Source: Octopus bimaculoides (lineage: Eukaryota). From it: 34,870 nucleotides of DNA. Location: contig NC_068984.1 of the NCBI RefSeq assembly GCF_001194135.2, forward strand, positions 111,112,859 through 111,147,728, written 5' to 3'. How positions within the stretch are numbered: position 1 is the first letter of the stretch; the number at the start of each line of letters is the position of its first letter. A program made the translations under genes and the position numbers. Shown one piece after another: positions 21,433 through 31,779 of this stretch. Under the pieces are notes generated by a model. It saw nothing but the letters and a program-made list of their open reading frames with translations, was not told where the DNA came from and ran no database searches.

Positions 21433-21678
21433 TAAAATTAAGGTGGCAAGCTGGCAGAAACGTTAGCACGCCGGGCGAAATGCTTAGCGATATTTCGTCT
21501 GCCGCTACGTTCTGAGTTCAAATTCCGCCAGGGTCAACTTTACCTTTCATCCTTTCGGGGTCGATAAATTGAGTACTAGTAACGCATTGGGGTCGATGTA
21601 ATCGACTTAATCCCTTTGTCTATCCTTGTTTGTCCCCGTCTATGTTTAGTTCCTTGTGGGCAATAAACAAATAAGAAA
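21433..21678 (+). mobile_element. SINE family A, full length, young
   Basis: AGCTGGCAGAAACGTTAGC head, GAGTTCAAATTCC B box, CAATAAACAAATAAGAAA tail; CpGs retained. Confidence 0.95.
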
Positions 21679-21789
21679 AATGAATATGGAAACTATGTCG
21701 CTAAGCATTTCATCCAGCATATTAATGAGTCTGTGAGCTCACTGCCTTCCAAGATCTGTAATATTTATACTATTAATAATCAGTCTATA

Positions 21790-22071
21790 GTGTTGTAGAT
21801 CAATGCCTGTAGGAAAGAGATGAGCCAGGAGAAGATTCAATGGAGCTGATACTTTAGAGAGAAAGGATAGAGTATAATGATTGCTGTTGGACTAAAGAAG
21901 ATAGGAACACCGAGAAAGATAAGAGGCTGCAACAGGAATGGGTTGCAAGAAAAGGAACAACATGATTGTGGGTCAGAGATCGGAGTATGTCCATGAATGA
22001 CTGAATTCAAATCAGTCAAGTAGACCTTCTCTGGATGTTGTTCAGGATGTCTGTTGACATAACAGCAGCAG
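21790..22071 (-). mobile_element. L2/CR1-group LINE ORF2 C-terminal remnant
   Basis: Minus translation DILNNIQRRST*LI...ILRSLTHNHVV resembles the LDRIQRRA.RLI...L.SL.HRR.V pattern. Confidence 0.55.
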
Positions 22072-22230
22072 CACTTTAAGCTATTTTCTTGCTGTTCATA
22101 ATCAATGCCATTACATTCTCATCATCTCTAAATTTACTGACCACTTTTACGTCCTTGCCCATTGAGCTGAATGTTATGCTGAAGAGATCAAGTAAGACTG
22201 AAACAAACCCTTTTATTTTCCTATCTGGTT

Positions 22231-22305
22231 CACCAGTCCTCAGTCAAATCGTCCAACCCATGCTAGCATGGAAAGCGGACATTAAACGATGATGATGATG
22301 ATGAT
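22231..22305 (+). mobile_element. ~75-nt RTE-type 3' terminus with (GAT)n tail
   Basis: Near-identical to 14811-14882; contains the palindrome CCATGCTAGCATGG. Confidence 0.7.
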
Positions 22306-23214
22306 TGTCTGTTGACATTAACAACAGAGTTATCACCCTTGCTTTGTTCTTTTAAATTTCAAACATTCCTAGTGAGACTTTTTGCCTACTTATTGCATGA
22401 ATAATATCACTGAATCAATTTTTTCACCTCAATACTTGATATATGTGAGACTTTACTAGATTACAAAACTATATCACACACCTAGATAAAAAAAATAAAA
22501 TGGCTCCTTCCAACATATTTTTTGCAGTCTCACCCCAGAAACAAGTAATTCTTCCAAACACTCACCCCCTCCGCTGTAAACATTACAGATTCTATGTATC
22601 TATCTCAGAGAGTGGATTTGTGGTGAGGTAAGGAATATATAATGTTGATACAAAAAATAATGGATGATATAAGACCAAGGAAGAGAAAACAATTGCAGAT
22701 TGTTATGTTTATCTTTTATGGTATGTAAGACAAAGGGGGAAGGGCATGATCTAGAGGGCTGCTGAATGGAGTGGGGAAGGCTGCAGTGGGGGGGGACTGG
22801 ACAAGTATTCTAGTTATGGAATTATGGGTCGGTAAGAACAAGGGACTGTGAGCTTGAGTTGTAAAGTGAGTGAAAGGTGGGATGGTGTGGGTAGCCTGTG
22901 TGTGTATTTATCAACCTATAAGCCCCACCCCCCATCCCAACTTCCTCTGTTCTGTGTTGTTATCAAACCTTGCTCCCCCACCTCACCTCTACCCCACATA
23001 AGCCTCAGCCCCTAAGTCATACCTCCCTCTAAGATTTGCTCCTCCCAAACCCCACTCCTAGGACTCACCTACGCCAAGCCTCTCCTACCTCCCCACAGGC
23101 CTCACTATATTTCCACCGCCACCCCACCCTCCAAATCTCAACCCGTCCCCATCCGAAATAACCTACTTGAAGCAAGTGATACAGACATTGGGTATCCATT
23201 GACTTCTTGCTCAG

Positions 23215-23665
23215 TACTACTGCTACTACTGCCACCATTACTACCATCACTACTACCACCACCACCACTACTACCACCACCACCACTACCACCACCACTA
23301 CTACAACTACCACTACTATTACTACTGTCGCCACCACTACTATTACCACCACCACTACTACTACAACCACCACCACCACCACTACCCACTTCTACTACTT
23401 CTACCACTACCACCACTACAACTACCACCACCACCACTGTCACCACCACTACTATTACCACTACTACAATCACCATCACCACTACTACTACAACCACCAC
23501 CACCACCCACTACTACTACTTCTACCACTACCACTACCACTACTACTACTACTTCTACCACCACCACCACCACCACCACTACTACTACTACTGCTGCTGC
23601 TGCCATGAGTTNNNNNNNNNNCCACCACCACCACCACCACCACTACTACTACTACTGCTGCTGCT
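23215..23665. repeat. (ACT)n/(ACC)n trinucleotide repeat field
   Basis: Direct reading; source of the poly-T/V/P/G ORFs in the track. Confidence 0.97.
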
Positions 23666-23937
23666 GCCATGAGTTGGGAAGTGGAGGAGGTGTTACCTTC
23701 ACTTGGATATTGAGAAAGGTTGCCACCAGAAGGGGGTAATCTAGTGAAAAAAAGTGTCGGGTACTGGGTGGAAGGATGAATAAAATATGGATATTGACCA
23801 AGTTTAGAGAACTAAAATAATATTTATTAATGATGTATTACATACTACACACACACACACACACATACACACAAATATACACTTGTGCACACACTCATAC
23901 ATATACCCATGCAGACACACAATGCACACTCATTTAC

Positions 23938-24022
23938 CTAGACAATTTTTGCTTTTGACTTAGTTCCCCAATAAAGTGTTCGTAAACTTTCTTCGCTTCA
24001 CTATCAAAAGTTACAATACATT
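23938..24022 (-). CDS. Candidate internal coding exon (85 nt, phase 1/2) of an unidentified gene
   Basis: AACACTTCAG| ... TCTAG|GTAAAT; only one frame is open: [28 protein letters not shown]. It is a unique island between microsatellites. Confidence 0.4.
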
Positions 24023-24054
24023 CTGAAGTGTTTCCACATAAACTCACATTCACA

Positions 24055-24089
24055 TATGCATACATGTATGTGAGTATACATATATATGC

Positions 24090-24153
<64 letters not shown>

Positions 24154-24222
24154 CCATATTTGTATTTATGTATATATGTATACATATATATACACACACA
24201 TATATGTATGCATTTATATATA

Positions 24223-24271
<49 letters not shown>

Positions 24272-24601
24272 GTATATATATATATAGGTAGATATAGATA
24301 TAGGTATGTATATATGCATATTTGTATATATATATATATATACATGTATAGATATATACACACACATATATATAGTTATATATATATATATATATATATA
24401 GCAATAAGAAAATGGAGGGGAATATGAGGTACTCATCAACTTATATATATACATAGATATATATATGTATGTATATATATACGTTATGTTTCCAGAGGCC
24501 AATAAACAGTAACATCGCCCTTGTATAGGACTGTCACATTATGTTGGCAAAAAAAACTTTACCATGTATGTATATATACATATCTATATTTACGTATATA
24601 T

Positions 24602-24645
<44 letters not shown>

Positions 24646-24677
24646 GCATATGCATACATGTGTATATATGTATAGAT

Positions 24678-24730
<53 letters not shown>

Positions 24731-24840
24731 TGCATGCAAAAATATATATACATACATGCACATATACATCTACATGTATATATATATATATATATATATG
24801 CATATGCACACACACACACACACACACACACATTTATATA
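24055..24840. repeat. (TG)n/(TA)n/(CA)n fields with an AT-rich cassette at 24401-24560
   Basis: Direct reading. Confidence 0.95.
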
Positions 24841-24841
24841 T

Positions 24842-24991
24842 GATAGTCATCTTTCAGTTTCTGTCTACCAAATTCACTCATAAGACTTTGATCAGCCCAC
24901 AGTTATAGTAAACACATGCCAAGGGTGTGGCATAATGGGACAGACCTCCAAACCATATGGACCAAAGTGAATTTCTAAACCACATAGCCAT
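24842..24991 (-). mobile_element. Degenerate SINE family B head half
   Basis: CTTTCAGTTTCTGTCTACCAAATTCACTCATAAG...ACCACATAGCCA. Confidence 0.75.
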
Positions 24992-25117
24992 ATCAAAGTC
25001 TCAGACTATTCTGTCAAATGTAATAGTTATTAATTTACATTGTTTGAATTAATCCTACATCGTATTGTAGCTTAAAGATTTTTATGATGTGATGCTTTAT
25101 TTTTATAATGATATTGT

Positions 25118-25702
25118 AGGCATGGCTCAGTAGTTGGAGCATTGGGCTAACAATCATGAGGTAGTGAGTTTGATTCCCAGACACAGCTGTGTGTTGTGTT
25201 CTTGAGCAAGTCACTTTATTTCATGTTCTCCAGTTCAATCAGCTGTAGAAATGAGTTGTGATGTCACTGGTGCCAAGTTGTATTAAGCTTTGCCTTTCCT
25301 TTGGATTAGATCAGTAGTGCAGAGAGGTTGGGGGCTGGTATAGATGGGAAACTGCTTGTCTTCTATAAATAACCCTGCCCAGACTTGTACCTCGGAGAAG
25401 AAGTTTCTTATTTCTTATTTCTTTATTGCCCACAAGGGGTTAAACATGGAGGGGACAAACAAGGATAGACAAAGAATTAAGTCGATTACATCGATCCCAG
25501 TGTGTAACTGGTACTTAATTCATTGACCCCGAAAAGATGAAAGGCAAAGTTGACTTCGGTGGAATTTGAACTCAGAACGTAATGGCAGACGAAATACCGC
25601 TAAGCATTTTGCCCCGCGTGCTAACGTTTCTGCCAGCTCGTCTCTTTGGAACTTTCTTGGTGGTATCCCATGGTCATTCATGACCAGAAGTGGTCTTTAC
25701 CC
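25118..25702 (+). mobile_element. SINE family C interrupted at 25403/25650
   Basis: Colinear with 4958-5300 once 25404-25649 is removed. Confidence 0.88.
25404..25649 (-). mobile_element. SINE family A, full length
   Basis: Reverse complement of 21433-21678. Confidence 0.95.
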
Positions 25703-26399
25703 AAGGGTAAGTTAGAGAGGCTAGGTATGGCCAGTTCGAACATGAAACGAGTAGAATATTTTGGCCAAGCATGGCTAGATTAAATGCAAAAGGGATTACA
25801 AAATTTAATCTACTGCAAGCTGGGTCCTATTCCACTATGCAGCATTCTCAGCACATGACTTCTTCTAGAGTTTAGGTTGACCCAAAACATGTAAGTAATC
25901 CTGAGCAGATGGAAACTGTGTGGAAGCCTAGCAAGGGAACTATAACTTGTTTTTAGCTGGTTGTGGGCCAGCTTAGTTTGCTACTCACTGCCTGGTTTAA
26001 TATCACCATAAATTAGATTTGTTGGGTAAGCTTAATGGAAACCATTCTATTGCAAATGTACTGACCAGTTCTCCGCTCTGGGATTAACTTGATCAAATTG
26101 CACCACTGCTTACTGCCCTGTTCTTCCTTGGTTTATCTTAGGCTCCCAACTTCTGGTAGAGTGACGAGGATAAAGTTGGTACAAACGTTATGTCTTGGGC
26201 TTTTGTGAAAGTGGAAGATGCCCTACTCCCTCTCTTTATGTCTAAACATACCTTTTCTCTCAGAAAGAAAGAAAGAAAGAAAAAGAAAGAATGGAAAAAA
26301 TAGAAAGAAAGAAGAAATAAGGGAAGGAAAGAAAGATGAAAATGCAAAACAGGTTGAGAATAAAAGAAAAAGTAGGAAAGAGAGAAGAAAAAAGAAATA

Positions 26400-26545
26400 G
26401 GAAGTGTACTGGGCTGGTACTTTATTTATTGACCCTAGAAGAATGAAAGACAATGTTGGAACAGGCAGGATTTGAACTCAAAATGCAGAGAGCTAAAATG
26501 AATAGTACAAAGTGCTGTACCTGTTGTTCTAGTGACATCACAAAC
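26400..26545 (-). mobile_element. Degenerate SINE family A
   Basis: CTGGTACTTTATTTATTGACCC...GGATTTGAACTCAAAATG. Confidence 0.6.
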
Positions 26546-27139
26546 TCTTTATTGCAGTAAACCTATGAGTCATGCTTTACTTTTTCATTTCTCTTCATCT
26601 CCCATGACCACCACCACCACTACCACATAACAATCTCAGTGGAGAGGCAAAAGGGTCAGGAAGGGTACTACCCTTCCTCTTCAGAATTAGTCATACAATT
26701 AAAAAAGAAAAAAAAGGAGAGAAAAGAATAGTTGAAATATTACTTGAGTTTCCTTTGGTTTTTTTTGTTTTGTTTTTTTTCATCTGTCGAAATCATTTAA
26801 ATACATACCAATTAAGTATTGGGTTTTGACAAACTTATCTAAACCCATTCATTAGAAATCTCTGGCCTTGTTTCAGTGTAAAAAAAAAATTAATATTCTT
26901 ACTATACCACACTGCACATATAAGCTATTTTCGTTTAATAAATTATTGATAGGGAATTAGGTGCAGGCCATAGCAGTGAAGCTATGAAGTTTACTTGTCA
27001 ACAATGTGGTTAAGTCCAGTGACACTGTTTAGCTCTCAGGATAAATGCCTGCTACTGTAGCCCTGAGCTTTTAATGCCTTGTGAATGAATTTAGTTGGTA
27101 GGTGAAAACCAGAAACTAAATAAGACTTACTATAAATAC

Positions 27140-27870
27140 ATAAGTTCCCAGACTGGTTATGTTTAATAAAAAATAACTGATTTACTTAAGATTTAACATC
27201 ATCTCCTTTAAAATAAATAGTCACCTTGCATAGTAATATGCTGATCCCAGCATTACTGCCACTTTTGGAATCTGGCCTGGAAGTCATTTTCCGTAATCGC
27301 GTTGAGGATCTTCTGCAATTCATTCTGGATCTCGACAACGGTGTTAAAACGGCAACCTTTGAGCTGCATTTTCATCTTGGGAGAAGAGATAGAAGACTGC
27401 AGGTGCTAAATCTGGTGAATAGAGCAGGTGTGAAAGTGATACTATGTTATTTTTGGCAAGAAACTCATGAGTGAGGAGAACTCAGTGACGGAGTGCGTTG
27501 TCATTGTGAAAAAAATCCAATTCTTTGCACTCCACAGATCCAGTCGCTTTTGCCTAACGTCCTACTTCACATGCTTCAAAATGTTGTTGATTGTCCTCCA
27601 ACGATCCTCATGTACAAGCTGATGAATTTTCTCCTCATTTCCAGGGGTGACGCTCATAGCAGGTCTTCCAGATCACTCATCATCTTCCAGGAATGTTCTT
27701 CCACTTTTGATGTGCACATACCACTCAAAACATTGTGTACAAGCCATTGTCACATGACCGTAAGCACTCCAATGGACAGTGGCTATCTGAAGACTGGAAG
27801 TGGAGAAATCTCCTAATGAAACTACTCTTCCCTTTCCAATAAACATAAAATTCACAAATTACTTTTCTGT
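27140..27870 (-). mobile_element. mariner (DD34D-type) element, internally deleted and decayed
   Basis: N-terminus QCFEWY..IKSGRTFLEDDE*SGRP joins directly to the C-terminus (HNDNA; YSPDLAP at 27401-27421; LKGCRF; GDYF). Confidence 0.92.
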
Positions 27871-27890
27871 TGCAGATTATAAATAATTAG

Positions 27891-28446
27891 GCTCAGGTGG
27901 AGCTGTGTGGTAAGAAGTTTGCTTCCCAAACCACATGGTTCTGAGTTCAATCTCACTGCTGCATGGCATCTTGGCAAGTGTCTTTGACTACAGCCTCAGG
28001 CCAACCAAAGTCTTGTGAATGGATTTGGTAGAAGGAAACTGAAAGAAGTCTGTCGTATATATATATATTTAAACATAATTAAAGGATAAAATCATTAAAA
28101 TTAATGAATTTTATCAGTGGCCAGTATATAAAAAAACCTTTTAGGTAAAATACATATATAGAGATATATAATTGTACCCTATACAATTATCTCTCTTTCA
28201 CTCCACATATATGTATGCATGTATGTATATGTATGTCTATATGTTCTATGTCATTGTGTCTCTGTTTGTCCCCCCACAACCACTTGTCAACTGGTGTTGG
28301 TGTGTTTATCAGAGACTGATAGAATAGGTACTTGGCTTATTAAAATAAAAAAGCCCCGAGGTCAATTCATTCGACAAATTCCTTCAAGGTGGTGCCCCAG
28401 TATGGCCACAGTCAAACGACTGAATCAAGTGGAAGATAAAAGAAAA
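27891..28446 (+). mobile_element. SINE family B with an AT-rich ~135-bp cassette in its central (TA)n
   Basis: Head 27891-28060, unrelated segment ~28066-28200, tail ~28230-28446. Confidence 0.85.
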
Positions 28447-28631
28447 AAAATCAAATAATGAAATAAGAGTTGGGTGTTGCAGTTTGCATTGGCTGAATTA
28501 TTAAAGCATTGCAAGGAATGCTTGTGGTATTTATTGACAAGGTCCAAGAAAACCAAAAACGCATCTGGTGTTCTTGTGAATCACTACTGGGACAATATTT
28601 CTTCTTGCTCTGATATATATATGTTGTATTT

Positions 28632-29177
28632 TTAGCCCTTTAACTTTCAGATTACTCTGTCAAATGCAATACTTATTTATCCACATTGTTTTCAGTTTAA
28701 CCTGTTATCATCTTGTAGCTTTGAGATTTTGATGATGTGATTGTTTAAAATGACATTGTCATGTATTGAACTCCTAATCAATATATAACAAATGCTGTAC
28801 ATTCATTTAAATAATTAAAACCACCAATCACATGGCATTCACAACTTTTATGTGTACTTGTCCGTTCTTTTTTCTATATATTACAATTAAAATAAATAGG
28901 GATATGCAATTGATTCCATTGCTACGGGATTACAGTTGATGTTGTTATCTCTTCTCATATGTCCTCTTGTTGGATGTGCTTCCATTATGGTGAGATAGAA
29001 ATTCGCACTTTACAGCTATTTGATCCTTGTTCCTATACCTGTGCTTATAAAATGAGCAAATTACAAAACTTGACAGACGTTTTAGGGTAGGTATGAGAGG
29101 CAAAATCTGGCCAGTTTGAACACAAAGAAGTTAAAATATTTTGGCCGGATATGGCCAGTGTGAATTAAAGTGTCAAT
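28632..29177 (+). mobile_element. MITE family Y copy 2, split by a 324-bp insertion (28760-29083)
   Basis: TTAGCCCTTT...CAGATTACTCTGTCAAATG...GACATTGT | AGGGTAGGTATGAGAGG...TGGCCAGT. Confidence 0.75.
28900..28989 (+). CDS. Exon-like 90-nt segment encoding a hydrophobic, TM-like peptide
   Basis: TAG|GGA...ATG|GTGAGA; only the phase-0 frame is open: GYAIDSIATGLQLMLLSLLICPLVGCASIM. The acceptor is purine-rich (weak). Confidence 0.3.
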
Positions 29178-29319
29178 GCAGCATCTCCAGGAAGAGATTT
29201 TCTCTTAAATGAAAATCCACAGAAACATACCTATCCACCATGTATAAACATTAAATATGATACTTAGGTACCAACACATATTTATATATTGTGAAGCAGT
29301 TACACAACAGTAATGACAT

Positions 29320-29549
29320 TTAACCCTTTCAATACCAACCCAACTGAAACTGCCTCTGACTCTTTCGTACAAATGTCTTGTTTTCAAAAGTTCTGAATTA
29401 AAATCTTCCACCAAACCTTAGTCACAATTTATGTTCCTAACACTAGCTTTATCATAACTAAGTTATTTTAATAAATTCTCTGTTATATTTAAAATTAATT
29501 GAAAGAAACACAGAGTATCTCAAAATAGATACGGTAATGAAACGGTTAA
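29320..29549. mobile_element. TTAA-flanked MITE (piggyBac-like ends), family X
   Basis: TTAA-CCCTTTCAATACC ... GGTAATGAAACGG-TTAA; 11/13 TIR match. Confidence 0.88.
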
Positions 29550-29799
29550 ATAGAATGGTTAAAATTCAAATGTTTGATAGTAATGTCTCCCCCAGTTGCA
29601 TTAGTTATGCCTAATATAAACAAACAGGGAAGCATGCCAAAATTGCTTTATCCTGAAGATGAGGCTATGGAGGTCTAGAATTTGTACATAAGATACTGTG
29701 TTGTTTCAGACAAATTGCAAGGAACTTATAGAAAATTATTAAAAAAGTAACTTGAAAAATTCACATGTAAACACAGTTGCGGATACAATAATAATATAT

Positions 29800-29917
29800 A
29801 TATATATATAGAAATATATGAGATTATATGCATGAAGTTATCTATATGCATGGTATATATGCATTTATACATACACTCACACATATATGTTTATGTGTGT
29901 CTATATATATATATATG

Positions 29918-29973
<56 letters not shown>

Positions 29974-29974
29974 C

Positions 29975-30006
<32 letters not shown>

Positions 30007-30260
30007 GCATGTATGTATATATACACATATATTTGTATACATATGCACATAAATTGTATAGTCACACTAACATACATACACACACATACATACATATGTA
30101 CTTGTATATAAATGTATACATACATACACACATATGCATACATTCATTCATTCACATAAATGCATGCATATATACATACAACACATAATACATACTTACA
30201 TACATATACATAGATGTTTATAAATACATAGAAACACACACAAAAATTCTTCATACATAT
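29800..30260. repeat. Compound (TA)/(CA)/(TACA) microsatellite field
   Basis: Direct reading. Confidence 0.95.
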
Positions 30261-30667
30261 AAAATATACCACACTAATATATTACAATGAGTATTATACA
30301 CACACAAACATACTCTCACACAATTTTTTTCCTCAGAAACAGTAGTTTTTTGTTGTTATTGTTTTTTTTCCCTTCTTTTTACATTTCAACCTTTTATTTA
30401 TTACAAGATTTCCTACTAGTACTTGAAACAACTACAATTCTAAAGTTTAAAATGTAATGCCCATAGCAAACTTTGAACTCATGAAATATGGACTCAATTA
30501 GTCACACGAACATTCTAAATTTCTATAGCAATGCAAATAATACAGATGCAACTGACAATGATGTTGCTATCAATTGAATAAATCTACTCCAACCATGCTA
30601 ACTGCTTCAAATGAACACACACACACACACACACATTTGTATATAGGCATATGTATATCTATCTATC

Positions 30668-30698
<31 letters not shown>

Positions 30699-31734
30699 CT
30701 ATATATATATATATATANNNNNNNNNNNNNNNNNNNNNNNNNNNNNNNNNNNNNNNNNNNNNNNNNNNNNNNNNNNNNNNNNNNNNNNNNNNNNNNNNNN
30801 NNNNNNNNNNNNNNNNNNNNNNNNNNNNNNNNNNNNNNNNNNNNNNNNNNNNNNNNNNNNNNNNNNNNNNNNNNNNNNNNNNNNNNNNNNNNNNNNNNNN
30901 NNNNNNNNNNNNNNNNNNNNNNNNNNNNNNNNNNNNNNNNNNNNNNNNNNNNNNNNNNNNNNNNNNNNNNNNNNNNNNNNNNNNNNNNNNNNNNNNNNNN
31001 NNNNNNNNNNNNNNNNNNNNNNNNNNNNNNNNNNNNNNNNNNNNNNNNNNNNNNNNNNNNNNNNNNNNNNNNNNNNNNNNNNNNNNNNNNNNNNNNNNNN
31101 NNNNNNNNNNNNNNNNNNNNNNNNNNNNNNNNNNNNNNNNNNNNNNNNNNNNNNNNNNNNNNNNNNNNNNNNNNNNNNNNNNNNNNNNNNNNNNNNNNNN
31201 NNNNNNNNNNNNNNNNNNNNNNNNNNNNNNNNNNNNNNNNNNNNNNNNNNNNNNNNNNNNNNNNNNNNNNNNNNNNNNNNNNNNNNNNNNNNNNNNNNNN
31301 NNNNNNNNNNNNNNNNNNNNNNNNNNNNNNNNNNNNNNNNNNNNNNNNNNNNNNNNNNNNNNNNNNNNNNNNNNNNNNNNNNNNNNNNNNNNNNNNNNNN
31401 NNNNNNNNNNNNNNNNNNNNNNNNNNNNNNNNNNNNNNNNNNNNNNNNNNNNNNNNNNNNNNNNNNNNNNNNNNNNNNNNNNNNNNNNNNNNNNNNNNNN
31501 NNNNNNNNNNNNNNNNNNNNNNNNNNNNNNNNNNNNNNNNNNNNNNNNNNNNNNNNNNNNNNNNNNNNNNNNNNNNNNNNNNNNNNNNNNNNNNNNNNNN
31601 NNNNNNNNNNNNNNNNNNNNNNNNNNNNNNNNNNNNNNNNNNNNNNNNNNNNNNNNNNNNNNNNNNNNNNNNNNNNNNNNATATAAGCAAATGCATGTAT
31701 ATCATATACCATACAATATAATTTCTCACTTTAC

Positions 31735-31779
31735 CAAAATCCTCTCTATCTCAAAAGGAAATGGCAATGTAGCCCTGCC
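31735..31779 (-). CDS. Candidate 45-nt internal coding exon (phase 0/0)
   Basis: Strong acceptor TTCTCTTCCCTTCAG| and donor TTG|GTAAAG; only one frame is open: GRATLPFPFEIERIL. Confidence 0.45.

Larger units (their letters stand above)
21186..21750 (-). mobile_element. Degenerate SINE family A interrupted by a ~395-bp insertion
   Basis: Tail half at 21186-21280 and head half at ~21685-21750 join across a duplicated ATGGAA. Confidence 0.7.
25001..25799 (+). mobile_element. MITE family Y copy 1, split by nested SINEs (halves 25001-25117 and 25704-25799)
   Basis: Both halves align in order with 28632-28759 and 29084-29177; right end AAATGCAAAAGGGATTA. Confidence 0.75.

Noticed and set aside
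23065-23672. Poly-Thr/Val/Pro/Gly-Ser ORFs
   Set aside because: Open in several frames on both strands because they are trinucleotide microsatellite.
23561-23674. ~50-bp direct repeat ending GCTGCCATGAGTT on both sides of a 10-N gap
   Set aside because: Typical overlapping contig ends; likely an assembly artefact.
24430-24500. Minus-strand GAAAC..GUA...UUGAUGA order suggesting a type II HHR
   Set aside because: Helix II arms are not complementary.
29650-29695. CTGAAGATGAGGC...GTCTAGAA
   Set aside because: No GAAA, helix III or NUH arrangement.
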